Shown in pieces: positions 11,435-23,090 of a stretch of DNA of 64,000 nt (its first letter is position 1; every line of letters starts with the position of its first letter). Below the pieces are notes generated by a model that did not search any database, was not told the DNA's origin, and saw only the letters and a list, made by a program, of their open reading frames with translations. Origin of the DNA: Takakia lepidozioides. Its lineage: Eukaryota > Plantae > Bryophyta. The position numbers were made by a program, and so were the translations under genes. Location of the stretch: positions 82,398,001-82,462,000 of the forward strand of contig CM060732.1 of NCBI GenBank assembly GCA_030704615.1, written 5' to 3'.

Positions 11435-14382
11435 TATATACAACTAAACAAGAAAATCAAATAGAGAGAAGAGGAAATGACCTTGACAAACACCTTTCGG
11501 TAAGCTATCCTTGTCGAAGTAAATCGATGATCTACAATTGAATCGTACGAGGCCAATCTAACTCCAAATCGCATCGACCGAGTTGGGGCTATTGTTTTGG
11601 GGCATAGTTGCACCATCTTGACAGGCGTTGAACAAAAAATGAAGTCGTCCCTAATATCCACTAATCACACTCCCAAGCTCTCTCAGACTAGACTAAACAA
11701 AAATTCTCTATCACACAAGCTGTCACCCCCATTCCAACTGAGACTCTCAAAATGTATTGGACTAGAATACAATACATCTCCAGCAAACATGAACAGACTG
11801 AGCAAAATTCCATATATCTATGCTGACATCGGAACGCATCCTCGTATTCGCCATGTAAAGGGGCACCGACATCTTCTGTCGTTAACGACATTTAATGACA
11901 CGTAAGGTTAATATAATAATATTAATTAAAATAAATGAGAATATCTCGATCTTTCGCGCCACAAAATCGTTTCAAATTGAAACCAATGTGGTGTATATGA
12001 TGATTGTCTTTCAAGTCTAATCTTTGGAAGCAAGAGCCACACGTCTATTATGTTCAGGATCATCGATATCCAAATTATATCATAGCAACTCTGCGAGAGA
12101 CATATCTCAAACTTTCGCATTGCGAAATCGCACGAAATTGAGACCATTGTACACGATAATCAGCTATCTTCCCAACTCGAGGTTCCATACAAAATGTCAC
12201 ATGTATACCCTAAGGCCTAGAGAGTCTACATTTGGGAGCTTTGACCACTACCAGACATCAAAATAACTAGAAACACAACTGGACAGTGGAAACCCAAGGC
12301 AACAGCTATCATGTTGAGGATCTGCAGCCTTGGAAAGAGATACGATGTGACTTTGATATTGATCCGTAAGATAATTTCGCAAAGTTGAGTCAAATTACTA
12401 CAACTCAGTTGATAATATTTGTGTGGTTTACATGATTACAGATTATGATTGCAACAACGACACATCTGTGAAATTTTGTTTGAGAAACTTTATACCTAGA
12501 GAGACTATTTGCCATTCGGCCATTTTCCAACACATTAAGCAAAAACGAGATTAAATTCCACATGTTAGGCAAGAACATTTTGAAGTTTTTTATAAATTGA
12601 CACTCATTACTCTCTTGATTCTGAAAGAATTTCCTCTTCTGCAATGCGAAAGAAAATAAGTGGTGCTATGAGCTCATTTTGAGTGGTGTTATAAGCTCTG
12701 TTCTCTCTGATGCTATAATTATTTGGCATGGAGAGGAGTCTCTCGGTTATTATAAATTGTCTTCAAATCTCCATTATTTTCATCCGGATTACAGATTAAA
12801 TGTTGTAACGGATGTTTTGGGATCCAAGCTATGTGGATATTTCAGCGTTTGACCTATATCCATATTATTCTTTCGCATTATGAAATTCAGATAGTGCAAT
12901 GCTTTATGACAGATAAATATATAATCCATAGCTTTGATTAAAGCATATTTAGAGTATTCAATTCATGCCCGTGGATGTAAATATACCCATTGATATTTCT
13001 GGATATTTTTGCTTTACGACATATATATTTAATAAAATACTCAATTTCCACGTTATTTTTGGGATCACGAATAAAAAAACCCTAAATTAGCACCCATATT
13101 CTGGACATGTTCAAGCAGATGTGGTCATTGTAGCTCAATTGGAGTGTCACTCGTAGGTCAATTAAAAAGGTCTGATCCTTCATAAGGGGGTGAAAGCAAG
13201 CTACAGTGTCCCAAAAAAGTCCCAAGGTAGCCTCCCAAGAAGTCCGAATAATCCTTGATTTAATAATTACAAAAAAGATATAGTCGTTGGATTCATCCAT
13301 GCCGAAAGATTTGAACCGTCTAAAGTTGACAATGTCAGACATTAGAGTGTTCAATTGTTTTTTTTTTAATAATTGTTTTTAGATTAATATCAGGAACGTC
13401 ATTGCAAGTATTTGTTTTTTTGTTTTTTTTTGTTTTTTTAGAGAACAGGGGCAATGTCCTCGTAGAACTTTATTAAGATTATTTTGGGGAAAAAAAATTA
13501 AAACCTGTCATACATCATAGAGATACACACACCGTGATCAGTGAAAGATGATCAATCCTCCTATCGGAATCAACAGAGTACAACTAGCCTCCGGAGTGGA
13601 CAGACAAAAACTTTGTCGTCAAGAAACCCTACTTGGGGTTTCAAACCCCGTAGGGGATTGAAGAGAACCATTATATTTTTTACCCTAGATATCGAGATGG
13701 CAGCCCAAGTGGACCCTGGATTTAATTTTTTTCATTAGTACATTAGGTGGGACCGCCAAGTTTTGACAGACGCTTCAATTTTTATTTTATTTTATTTCCT
13801 TGAAAATGGATACAGCCGCCAATTATGGCGATCGCATCTATTAAAAAAAAACATTACATGCGACCGCCAATTATGGCGGTCACATCCATTTAAAAAAAAA
13901 TTATATACAACTGTCAACGTCAGTGATCGTATCAATTTCCTGAAAATATGTGGAACCGCTAGGACTAGCGGTCGCATGTAATATATATATTTTTTAATAG
14001 GTGCGACCACCATATTTGACAGTCGCACCTATTTTCAGAAAAAATAAAATCCTAAAAATTGATGCACCCACCAAGATTGGCGTTCGAATGCAATTTTTTT
14101 ATTTTTTTTAATAGTTACGACCATCGAGTCTGGCAATTGCATATATTTTTTAATTGTTTTTAAAGGGACGACCCCTATAATTGGCGATCTCACCCATTTT
14201 CAGGAAACAAATAAAAAATAAAAATACTATAATTTTTTTGAGAAAAAATGATGCGACTGCCAATGTAGATTAATGTATATAATCTTTTATTTTCTAAACA
14301 GTAACCTAGAAGAGCCCAAAAGAACGAGACACAACCTAGGTATAAATACCAAATGATCAATGGAAATAATCTTAGACATCAT

Positions 14383-14670
14383 GCAAGATTGCAAAAGTAT
14401 TTATATTTCTGCCCGAGTTCATATTGGTTGAATCATTCCCTGACTGAGTTACCCTATTGAACTTTTCAAGACGCGACACACTTGATTCATTGTTAAGGGG
14501 TTTTGAGATGTCAAACTAATCCTCTAGCAAGATTGCAAAAGTATTTATATTTCCGCCCGAGTTCATGTTCGCTGAATCATTCCCTGACTGAGTTACCTTA
14601 TTGAACTTTTCAAGACGCGACACACTTGATTCATTGATAAGGGATTTTGAGATGTCAAACTAATCCTCTA
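14383..14670. repeat. 144-bp tandem duplication
   Basis: GCAAGATTGCAAAAGTAT...CTAATCCTCTA occurs at 14383-14526 and 14527-14670. Confidence 0.9.
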
Positions 14671-15164
14671 GTTACCGTTGTTCATTGACAGTGAGTAACA
14701 TTGATGACTGGAAGAATATTTATCTAAATGAAGGAAAAAATTTGTAATTACACCACAGCTCGACCAGGCTGCTGCATGTGTCACACCCCACATGCTGTCA
14801 GAGGTCTTGCCGCCTCGCACCGTGCGGCTTCATTACAACGCGGTCACACAAAATTCAAGGCAGCGAACGAAAGAAAGAAAGAAACGTCATCCTAGAAGAA
14901 GCGTAATATTGTATTCTATCTGTCGCCTAAGAGAAGTTTGGTAACTTGCTGGACTTCTAGACTTTCTGTTGACATCATCATTGTGAATGAACTTACTTGT
15001 GGCGTCCCAACGGTCATATTCATCATATTAGAAAAAAAAACATTATTCTCAAACCGACAAGAGTTATGTATCTGCTCATACCAGGGGAGTTATCTAGGGG
15101 TGCAGTTGTTTTGAATTATTTTTCTTGACCTTGGGCTTCATAGATGACACTTGTTGTTCACTAT

Positions 15165-15880
15165 TCACAATGTCGGCGTTGTTCGAAATTTTATAATATA
15201 ACCCTTTTCTTGAATCGGTCGGTAAAGATCTCGAATAAGATCCCGGACAATTCTCCTCGTATCTTGGGCTTCTTCGATTGGAAACAATAACTTTCGAAAA
15301 AAAAATTCAGATATATTGGTATGCAACACCATCACATTACAAACAACTTGCATGAACTTCAGGACAAACCATCCGATTGTGGCCATTTGTTTGCTGAAAA
15401 ACTTTACATTCTCCTAAGTGCATATTTCTTATCTACTCAGACATTTCTCTTTAGAGGTTTTCAAACTCACCTCGAGTAGAAATGTAACTTTTATATGGCT
15501 CTCGATATTTTTGTGAGTTCCATTCAAGGAATTCAAGTGCCACATTTTTGTGGCGCTCGGTATCGACAATGACTAAGCTGCAATGATGTACACGAAAGAA
15601 GGGTATGAGCCAATAGTCTAACTCGAATAGTTTCAACCACCTCGCCCAGTGGGAAACCACACCAGGCTTGTCGTCCATTGCTTTTCGTAGAAAGAAAGAA
15701 ACAATTAGTAGTTTTCTCCTCAATGAGATTTTTTTGGTACCTAAACATTATGATGGCATCATTCACCATTGTTGTAGGGCTCCCCATTATAATAGTTTCA
15801 TGACTTGTTATCTCAATATTATAATGAAAATTCTCCAGCAAAAAAAAATGTCATTCTCGTCAAAAGTGCGGCCATTTCTT
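15165..15880 (-). pseudogene. Ulp1/C48 SUMO-protease domain remnant
   Basis: MVNDAII..Y, NCFFLST, KLFELDYWLIPFFRVHHCSLVIVD, and frameshifted QQTNGHN-GWFVLKFM correspond to the Ulp1 (W)LNDxII, HWSL and QxNxxDCG motifs. Confidence 0.75.
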
Positions 15881-15949
15881 TCACTCTATATGCATTGAAG
15901 GGTGACTGCTTCGAAACAGGTCATGCCTTGTTTGCCGCATAGGATCTGA

Positions 15950-17030
15950 GACATTGTAGTCACCACAGAAAGAAAACTTATATGTATTTCATGACATAAA
16001 AGTGGATAAAGGATGCTATGATCATCAAAGTCGGCAACGACTATCAAGAATAAAAAAAAATTGTAGCTCTTTCACGTTTTGTATTTGGCTTCTATTTTGA
16101 ATGAAGTGTTGTGCTTTTAACTGTTTTGTTCAGTTGGAAAATGCTTGGACACGTCATTTGATGTTTCCCTAGTAACCTTAAAATCAGCAACGACTTTAAG
16201 AATCCGTTCCAAGTTTCTGAAATGAAAAATACGATGATTGTGAACATGCGTTGAGGTGTATGGACATTGTCTCGCAGCTCTCATCTAGATCTATTACAAT
16301 ATAGGTAGTCGGCAACGACCACAAAGAGATCAAAACGGATATGCAGGTTCCGGCAAACGTGAATAAGGTACATTTTTAATCAGTTTTATTTCATCCCCAA
16401 TATGCAACCTGCGAAACTCATTTCAACTGTAGAAGGTGTTTCCTCTCACATATGTAGTCTCACGTCTCTATAGTCGGCATCGACTTCAATGATTTCAAGT
16501 AGATGAGCTTAATCACAACATCCGTGCTTCACACAAACAACTGTGAACCCATGGAAAACTCGACAATCCTGTCAACAACTCCTCACAAAATGATCGGTAC
16601 TGTATTGATTTCCATGACAATTATTTTGGTGCACGTTGTTTTGGCCATGTCAGCAACAAATTCCGGTGTGTGAATAATTTGTGTGTTAGGAAATGCTGTT
16701 GGTAAGATTGTATATCCGGGACGCCAATGTCTTGTAGTCGACACAGACTACAAGAATTAAGTGAAAGAAGATGGATGGAGTCATATTTAATCGCAAAAAA
16801 GTGAGAGTTGAAAAATGAGCTCATCTGAGCAAAGAGTTGGAGTTAATAAATTCATCCAAATGGTCATGCACTTTGTAGTCGGCACAGACTACAAATAATC
16901 TAAGCATGTTCATATTTCCAAATCTGTTTAAAAAATGAGCTTATTCGATGAAAGAGTTGGAGTTAACAAAATAATCCAAGTTGTCATGCACTTTATAGTT
17001 GGCACAGACCATAAGAATTCAAAACATGCA
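15950..17030. repeat. Degenerate irregular repeat, about 9 copies of a GTAGTCGGCA(A/C)(C/A)GAC core
   Basis: Core seen at about 15955, 16030, 16185, 16305, 16470, 16570, 16735, 16875 and 16995. Confidence 0.6.
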
Positions 17031-17099
17031 GGATATCCAATGCGTCTCTATGGGATCCAAGGACAGGGATCACGAACTAACATACCCATGACTTCAGAT

Positions 17100-18420
17100 A
17101 CGGTGAGAGTTGCGTGATCGATGACCTCCTGATCTTCCCGCATCTTCAAACGTCGCAGCATAATATAATATAAGTGCTTGCAGTAGGTGTAAGATCATTT
17201 TGCTTTCTTCATTTTGTCAAAATCAAGGCATGTGCACTACGGACTTCTAGAGATGCAAACATTGTACACCTCCCCTATTTTTGCTGATCCCGGTGTGCAC
17301 AGTGTGTACACACGTCCAATTTCAGGGCGAGGAACATCCTTGAATGATTGCACCGTGGCCTACAAAGACTGAGCTAACTCCATCTTCTTACAAGCGATTG
17401 CTGACCGTTTCTTCCGCCAGTATATTATGTCTCATATTTTCGTCGCGTACGAGTCCGGATCCAGATTATTGATATCTTCCGTAACACAGTCCCATTCACC
17501 TTGGGAATTACCCACGTCATTTGGGGGAACAAGTCGAAAGCCTGCTTTTGTGAAGAAGTCAACCTCTGCCTGAGTTAAGTTCGTCCCAACCATCACAAGC
17601 CAAACATCCGGAATATCAGGTTTGTCCAGCACATATTGGCTCGATTCGCCACCGACACAGTAAACGATGTCTGTTGGGTAATGTCAAATCTCCATCATCT
17701 TCGGCTTCACCAGGGCAGGAGGATAGTGCCGACCAACAAACCTCAAAGCCGGAACACCCAAACTCTAGAGTAACCTGATTTCCTGTTTACATGCCTTCCC
17801 ACTGTCAGAGCGCACTGCCCATCACTTCACCCGTGATGTGTTAGAAGTTCGTGCTATGTGTCAGCATGCCGTTGACACAAGCGACTCCAGAATTGGCTTT
17901 TTGTTCTGAACTGGAAGATCATCCTCCAAAGTCTCCACTAACATGTCAGTAGTGCATTTGGTCACTCTTGGTCCACCAGCACCTTCACGACGTCTCGGTG
18001 TCATTCGGAGATTTAAGTCAGACCTCCAGAAGTGAACATGTTCCTCTTTGTGCAAGTTGCTCAGAACAATCTTTCATTTTGTTGTTCGAGTTTGGAAATC
18101 ACCCTCGAGCCCTGGATTTCGTCCATGAAGCTCAGTGTCATCTACGAAAGACCTGACCGCTTCTGCCATTTTAGTTGGATCAGACAATCGCGATGCAGCA
18201 CGGGTAAGCAGTTATGCCCGGTCGGGTCCGGAACCCTTTGCTCCACCCTTCAGATAATTGTGGTTGTCACACGATTGCATAATTGTCCTCGTCAAATCGT
18301 TCCTGGTGGCTGTATAAAGGTCGACCTTCGATACACCGCTCCCAGCCTGCCAACTCGCATGCACGGCCTCGGACATGTTCACATTTGACATTGCAGCGTT
18401 CTCTTCTAGCTCCAAATCCT
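17100..18420 (-). pseudogene. Transposase C-terminal remnant with SWIM zinc finger
   Basis: SNVNMSEAVHASW resembles the N-x2-E-x2-H catalytic-Glu motif of Mutator-like transposases. Also WLVMVGTNLTQAEV and VYNVCIS..CTCLDF...CKHLYYIM (SWIM CxC-xn-CxH) at about 17150-17290. Several stops and frameshifts. Confidence 0.7.
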
Positions 18421-19789
18421 GCAGTACACATGTACAAGTCAGCATTGAAACATAGTCGGTGCAGACTATTAAACAGCATAGGTGTAACCGTCGATTATGA
18501 CGATCACATGTAATTTTTTAGTTTTTATAATACGTACTACCATCAATTATGGCGGTTGCATGTAGCTCTATATTTTTATAAAAAACATGTGACCGCCGAG
18601 GCCGATGACCGCATATAATCTTTTATTTTTTAATAGGCGTGAACGCCCAAGGCTGACGATCATATATAATTAAATTAAAAAAATAAAAAATAAAAAATAA
18701 CATACAACCGTATTTTTAAATAAAATAAAAAATTACATGCGACTGCTTTAATTGGCTGTCGTACCTATTTTTTTTAAAATTAAAAAATATGCGACCGTCA
18801 GCCTTGGCGATCGTATCAATTTTAAGAAATATTATTTTCATTTTTTTCCTAAAAGAATGAAAACTTACATTCGACTATCTGCATTTGCGGATGCATCAGT
18901 TTTTAAGAATTTTTTTTTCTTGAAAATTGTAGCATGTAATTTTCATTTTTTTACTTTCTAGTAATCCTTCACGTTGTATTGCACAGAACAGTCGATATCA
19001 TCTTAAAAACGATGAGATTGACAGTGTTGTCACTGCCCACACAACATTCATACCTAGCAAGTGGGTGGTCCGTTACTGACAGATGAATTGAATCGAGAAA
19101 AGGTATATCTGGAGAGCATTGGGCATCCTGACATATCAAAGCAAAAAAAAAAAAAAAAAACGAAGACTTACACCACTTCATGAGGACATCAAAGATTCAC
19201 TGGATGATGAAACGATGGAAGAACCAATTCTTGGTCTTATCAAGCTTGAGGGTGCTCACACTTTAAACCCTTTTATTATTATCATTACCGTAGGTGGAAT
19301 TCCAGGTTTGGTTCTTCCAGATCCATTAAAATTCTTTTGTAATTTTGCGAAAGGTTTAATCAGCCAAATGAAGAAGCTCATCAAACAAAAGGTTAGAACA
19401 TCAACACTCATTTTGAGAATTTTGGTCCACGAGGATATAAACAAGCGTGACCGATTTGTTTTCCAAACGCATCCGAGGTTGGCGTTGACTTATGAGCTTT
19501 TGGATATTGCTCTTACAATCGCAAAAATGAAAAATTTGTCAATGAATAATACGATTTTAGTATGATGCACAACATGTTGACAGTTCTAAGTATAACTTGG
19601 ATTCTGAGCTCAATGACTTAAGAATATGTTTGAATACAAAAAATTTATGTGACAGATTGGTGAAGATCAACAGAGCTATTCAGTTTTGCAAGGCAAACCG
19701 TCGTCGCACAATCCACCACTTTACTCTCCATCACAATGAAGCATTTATCTAGCTTTAGTGTTGTGGCGTCTTCAACAAATCACCTACTT

Positions 19790-21810
19790 GCCGTCAGATC
19801 ATATTCCGGTGGTCTAAAATTTTATAAAATTATTTTCAAAAAAGATTTGGGATTGATAGATGTAACGATCAAATTTTTTGTAAAATTATTAATAAATTGG
19901 GACCGTCAAAATTAGCGGTATCGAATTTTTAATAAAACTATTTAATAAATCGAGACTGTCAGCTTAAGAGGTCTCGATTTTTAAAAATTATTTAATAAAT
20001 TTGGGATCGTAAGCTTTTAACTGTACTTATTTTTATAAATTATTTGATAAATTTGGGACCATCAGCTTTGGTAGTCCCGATTTTTGAAAAAACAATTCAT
20101 GTAAATCACGTCTGTATGACCCATTTAAAAAAGTACATATAGTTTTGGTGGTCTACATTTTATTTTTTAATCGAATAAAATCAGGACCACCAGCTTTGGC
20201 AGTCATGATTTTATTTTTTTAATCGAATAAAATTAGGACCGCCAGCTTTGGCAGTCCTGATTTTAATTTCTAATCAAATAAAATCAGGACCGCCAGCTTT
20301 GGCAATCCCGATTTTCTTTTAAGTGTATTTTTCTGGATAAAATCGAGACTGCCAACTCTGGTGGTCCCGATTCTGGTTTTTTTTTAATATTTAAAAAAAA
20401 CTTATTATGTGCGGCAGCTTTGGCGGTCCCAATTTTAAAACCAAAAAATTAAAAATAATATAAAAATGAGGACTGTCAGCTCTAGTATCTGATTTAATTT
20501 AGAAATTTAAAAAAAAAATGACTGTGAGCTTTGATGGTTCTGATTTTAATTTCAAAAATAAAAATATGATATCGACGGTTTGGGTGATTTTTATTTTAAA
20601 TTAAGAAATTTTAATAAAAATTGTGACCGCTAGTGCTAGCGGTCCCAAAGTCTAAAGCTGATAGATTATCACAGCTAACATAATTTTTTTGTTTGTTTGT
20701 TTATGTCATGTAGTTAATTTATTATTATTTTTTAAGCTCATACGTCTTTTTTTACTCTTCTGTATTTATTTATTTTTATATAAAATAAATCACCGTAGGT
20801 CTGCGTCACGTCAGTTAAGAACTGGATATATTGAGTATATGAGAAAGGTAGTAGCCTTCTCTTATCATACTTCTGGAATTGAAACTCATTTTTATCAGTA
20901 TTTAATACAGTGACCTGGATCTAAACTCAGCCTGATGAAAAATAGAATGAGAATGGAAGCTCTGGGAGCTTCAATTAACCTTTAATTTGTGAAACCCAAG
21001 GTCTAATTGGAGTCTAGGGTGGAATACAACAAACCATGTGTTCCTACGGTTGAGACGAGGGAAGTTTCATGTCAACCACATTGAGTGGATAAATCTACCA
21101 TGGGATTTTTGATGTTTCTATCTGCACAAGGATTAAGGAGCAATATAACATCACTAGTATTTAGCCCACAGATATTATCAATGTATCGAAAAACATATTT
21201 GAACCTAAACATCAGCTGGAACTGCCCAAGAGATGCAAATCTTAAAATGAATCTGAGCTCATATGATATGAAATAGATGTTACACCATAGTGATGAACAT
21301 GAGAAGCCCATATGAATACCTGAGATTTGTTGTCATACTCGGTCTCCCAGAACAACATAACAATGGGACATCAGCCACTTATGGAGCTTAAGCAGTTTTG
21401 CTTCAGAAAGCTTGATCCAAGTTCCAGTTTTTGGGGGAGAAAGACTTCACCCGCATTTCTTGAAGGTTCCATTTCTGGCTTGAATCCATAGTGCGTGATG
21501 GGACCGAGGATGAGGTGGTATTGAAGGCAATCTTTGCCAGAGCTGACGGCCCCAATTTTATCCGATTATATCTGATTTTTTCCGATTTCATGCTTTTTAA
21601 AAATCGGGACCGCTTGAGCTTGCGATCAGCATTTATTAATTATTTTATTGATAACCGGGGACCGATACGGCTGGCGATCTCGATTTTTTAAAATTCGAGA
21701 CCGCCAGAGCTGGTGTTTTCAAAAAAAAAATATAAAAAAATTCGGACCATTATAACTGACTGTCCTAAAAGTTTTGGAAAATTTTGGACTGCCGGATATG
21801 ACATGGCGGC
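19790..21810. mobile_element. Non-autonomous TIR element with GGGACCGCCAGC/TTGGCGGTCCC hairpin arrays
   Basis: Imperfect inverted ends of about 33 bp (GCCGTCAGATCATATTCCGGTGGTCTAAAATTT vs AAATTTTGGACTGCCGGATATGACATGGCGGC). Hairpin arrays at 19850-20650 and 21530-21780. No TSD identified. Confidence 0.6.
21000..21400 (-). pseudogene. Penelope-like retroelement reverse-transcriptase fragment
   Basis: QQISGIHMGFSCSSLWCNIYFISYE ... FKYVFRYIDNI corresponds to the PLE RT motifs GxxMGxxxSP..N.Y...E and RYIDD (second Asp mutated). Confidence 0.7.
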
Positions 21811-21954
21811 CTACGTATTACTATGATAAATTATGCAATATAAAAGTTAAGATTAAAAAAAAGTAGACAACGTAAAGTCAATTTTTGAGGTGACGTGACT
21901 TCGTGTTATTATTACGTCGCATCATTATTGATGATGATGATGTGATTCGTGCTA

Positions 21955-22120
21955 AGAAAGTTTCTTAGGAAGTTTCCTAACCGCATATGGACGAAGCTTC
22001 TTAAGAAATTTCTTTATTTTGCAGGAAGTTTCTTGGGAAGTTTCCTAGCTAGCTTACAGATCTTCTAGAAGTGTCTAGAAAGTTATAGATTAAAGTTTCT
22101 AGAAGCTTCTAAGAAGGTCG
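21955..22120. promoter_or_regulatory. Cluster of heat-shock-element-like GAAnnTTC motifs (possibly an LTR remnant)
   Basis: Several GAAnnTTC units, including a perfect three-unit TTCtaGAAgcTTC at 22097-22109, about 1 kb upstream of the nucleotidase gene. Confidence 0.4.
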
Positions 22121-23090
22121 TAGATATATGGTGTAGTTTTATTTATGTCTCTGACAGAGGATATCATGTTCCATTTTAAAGCCAAGTAGAAGAAGAAGAA
22201 GAAGATACTTGTTATTGATATAACAAATAAGTAATAAACCAGGAAAAAATAACCTGATAGAAAGCCATGAAGGTAGAAGTGGGGACAGTGTGCCTCTTGT
22301 TAGGTTTATGAAGATTGATATTAAATCTCATAATTATCGTAGAAGAATTGTAATTCATGTAAAAGAAAAATTAAGGAGGTTTACATATTACAACTACATG
22401 TATTCCTCTATGGAAAAATACATAAATGAATAGAAAATAAACAAAGAATATAACAATACTAACATCTGAATAGACAAAACTTGTAGTGCTATGGAGTCAT
22501 AATCCATGGAGAGTAGCCAAAAACTGGAGAGTCTATGATAGAGAAAGACTTCAATGCGTGGACTAGAAACAACGACAGATTAAAATTCTTACTCTAGACC
22601 ATTGGTCTAAAGGCAACGTGCAACAAATAAACCATAATACAAGCAAAGTTTTCTCTTTCCCTTTTGTTTTTTTTTGCCTTCCATAGTCCTTTTCCATGTT
22701 ATATCAACAACTCGAAGAAAATAGATGCAAAAATAAATAAAAATGCAAATGAATCTGTTGCGGATGCGGATGCACAGAGTTTTGTAATGATGTAACATCA
22801 TCTGAGAGTGGAGATGGGGAGCGTGTCATCATCCGTTTCATTTGATAGACCCATGTTGGGTTCTTCGGCATTTCTAAAAACCCCTCCCTTCCAATTTCAC
22901 AAGAGGTCATGATCTTGGGTGAAATCTCATGAAGGGTGAAATCTCGTCAACTAGAATTCGAATTATGTATGCAAGCAAATCGTGGATGATGGGTATTTAG
23001 ATAACATGCATTGCAGACAAGAATCTGCCAAATGACAGAGTTGTCCAAAACATTGCAATTCTCTCAAAGCTTGCTAACAAATCTAGCCAA

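Larger units (their letters stand above)
13750..18900 (-). mobile_element. Decayed DNA transposon (Mutator-like or Zisupton-like) with hairpin arrays on both sides of a coding remnant; exact ends not found
   Basis: Degenerate GCGACCGCC/GGCGGTCGC hairpin arrays at 13750-14260 and 18480-18900 enclose minus-strand DDE-tail, SWIM and Ulp1 remnants. Confidence 0.6.

Noticed and set aside
13410-13700. Poly-T plus CAGGGG stem resembling a reversed LINE/SINE 3' tail (similar at about 47705-47800)
   Set aside because: Too short and no TSD or coding evidence to call with confidence.
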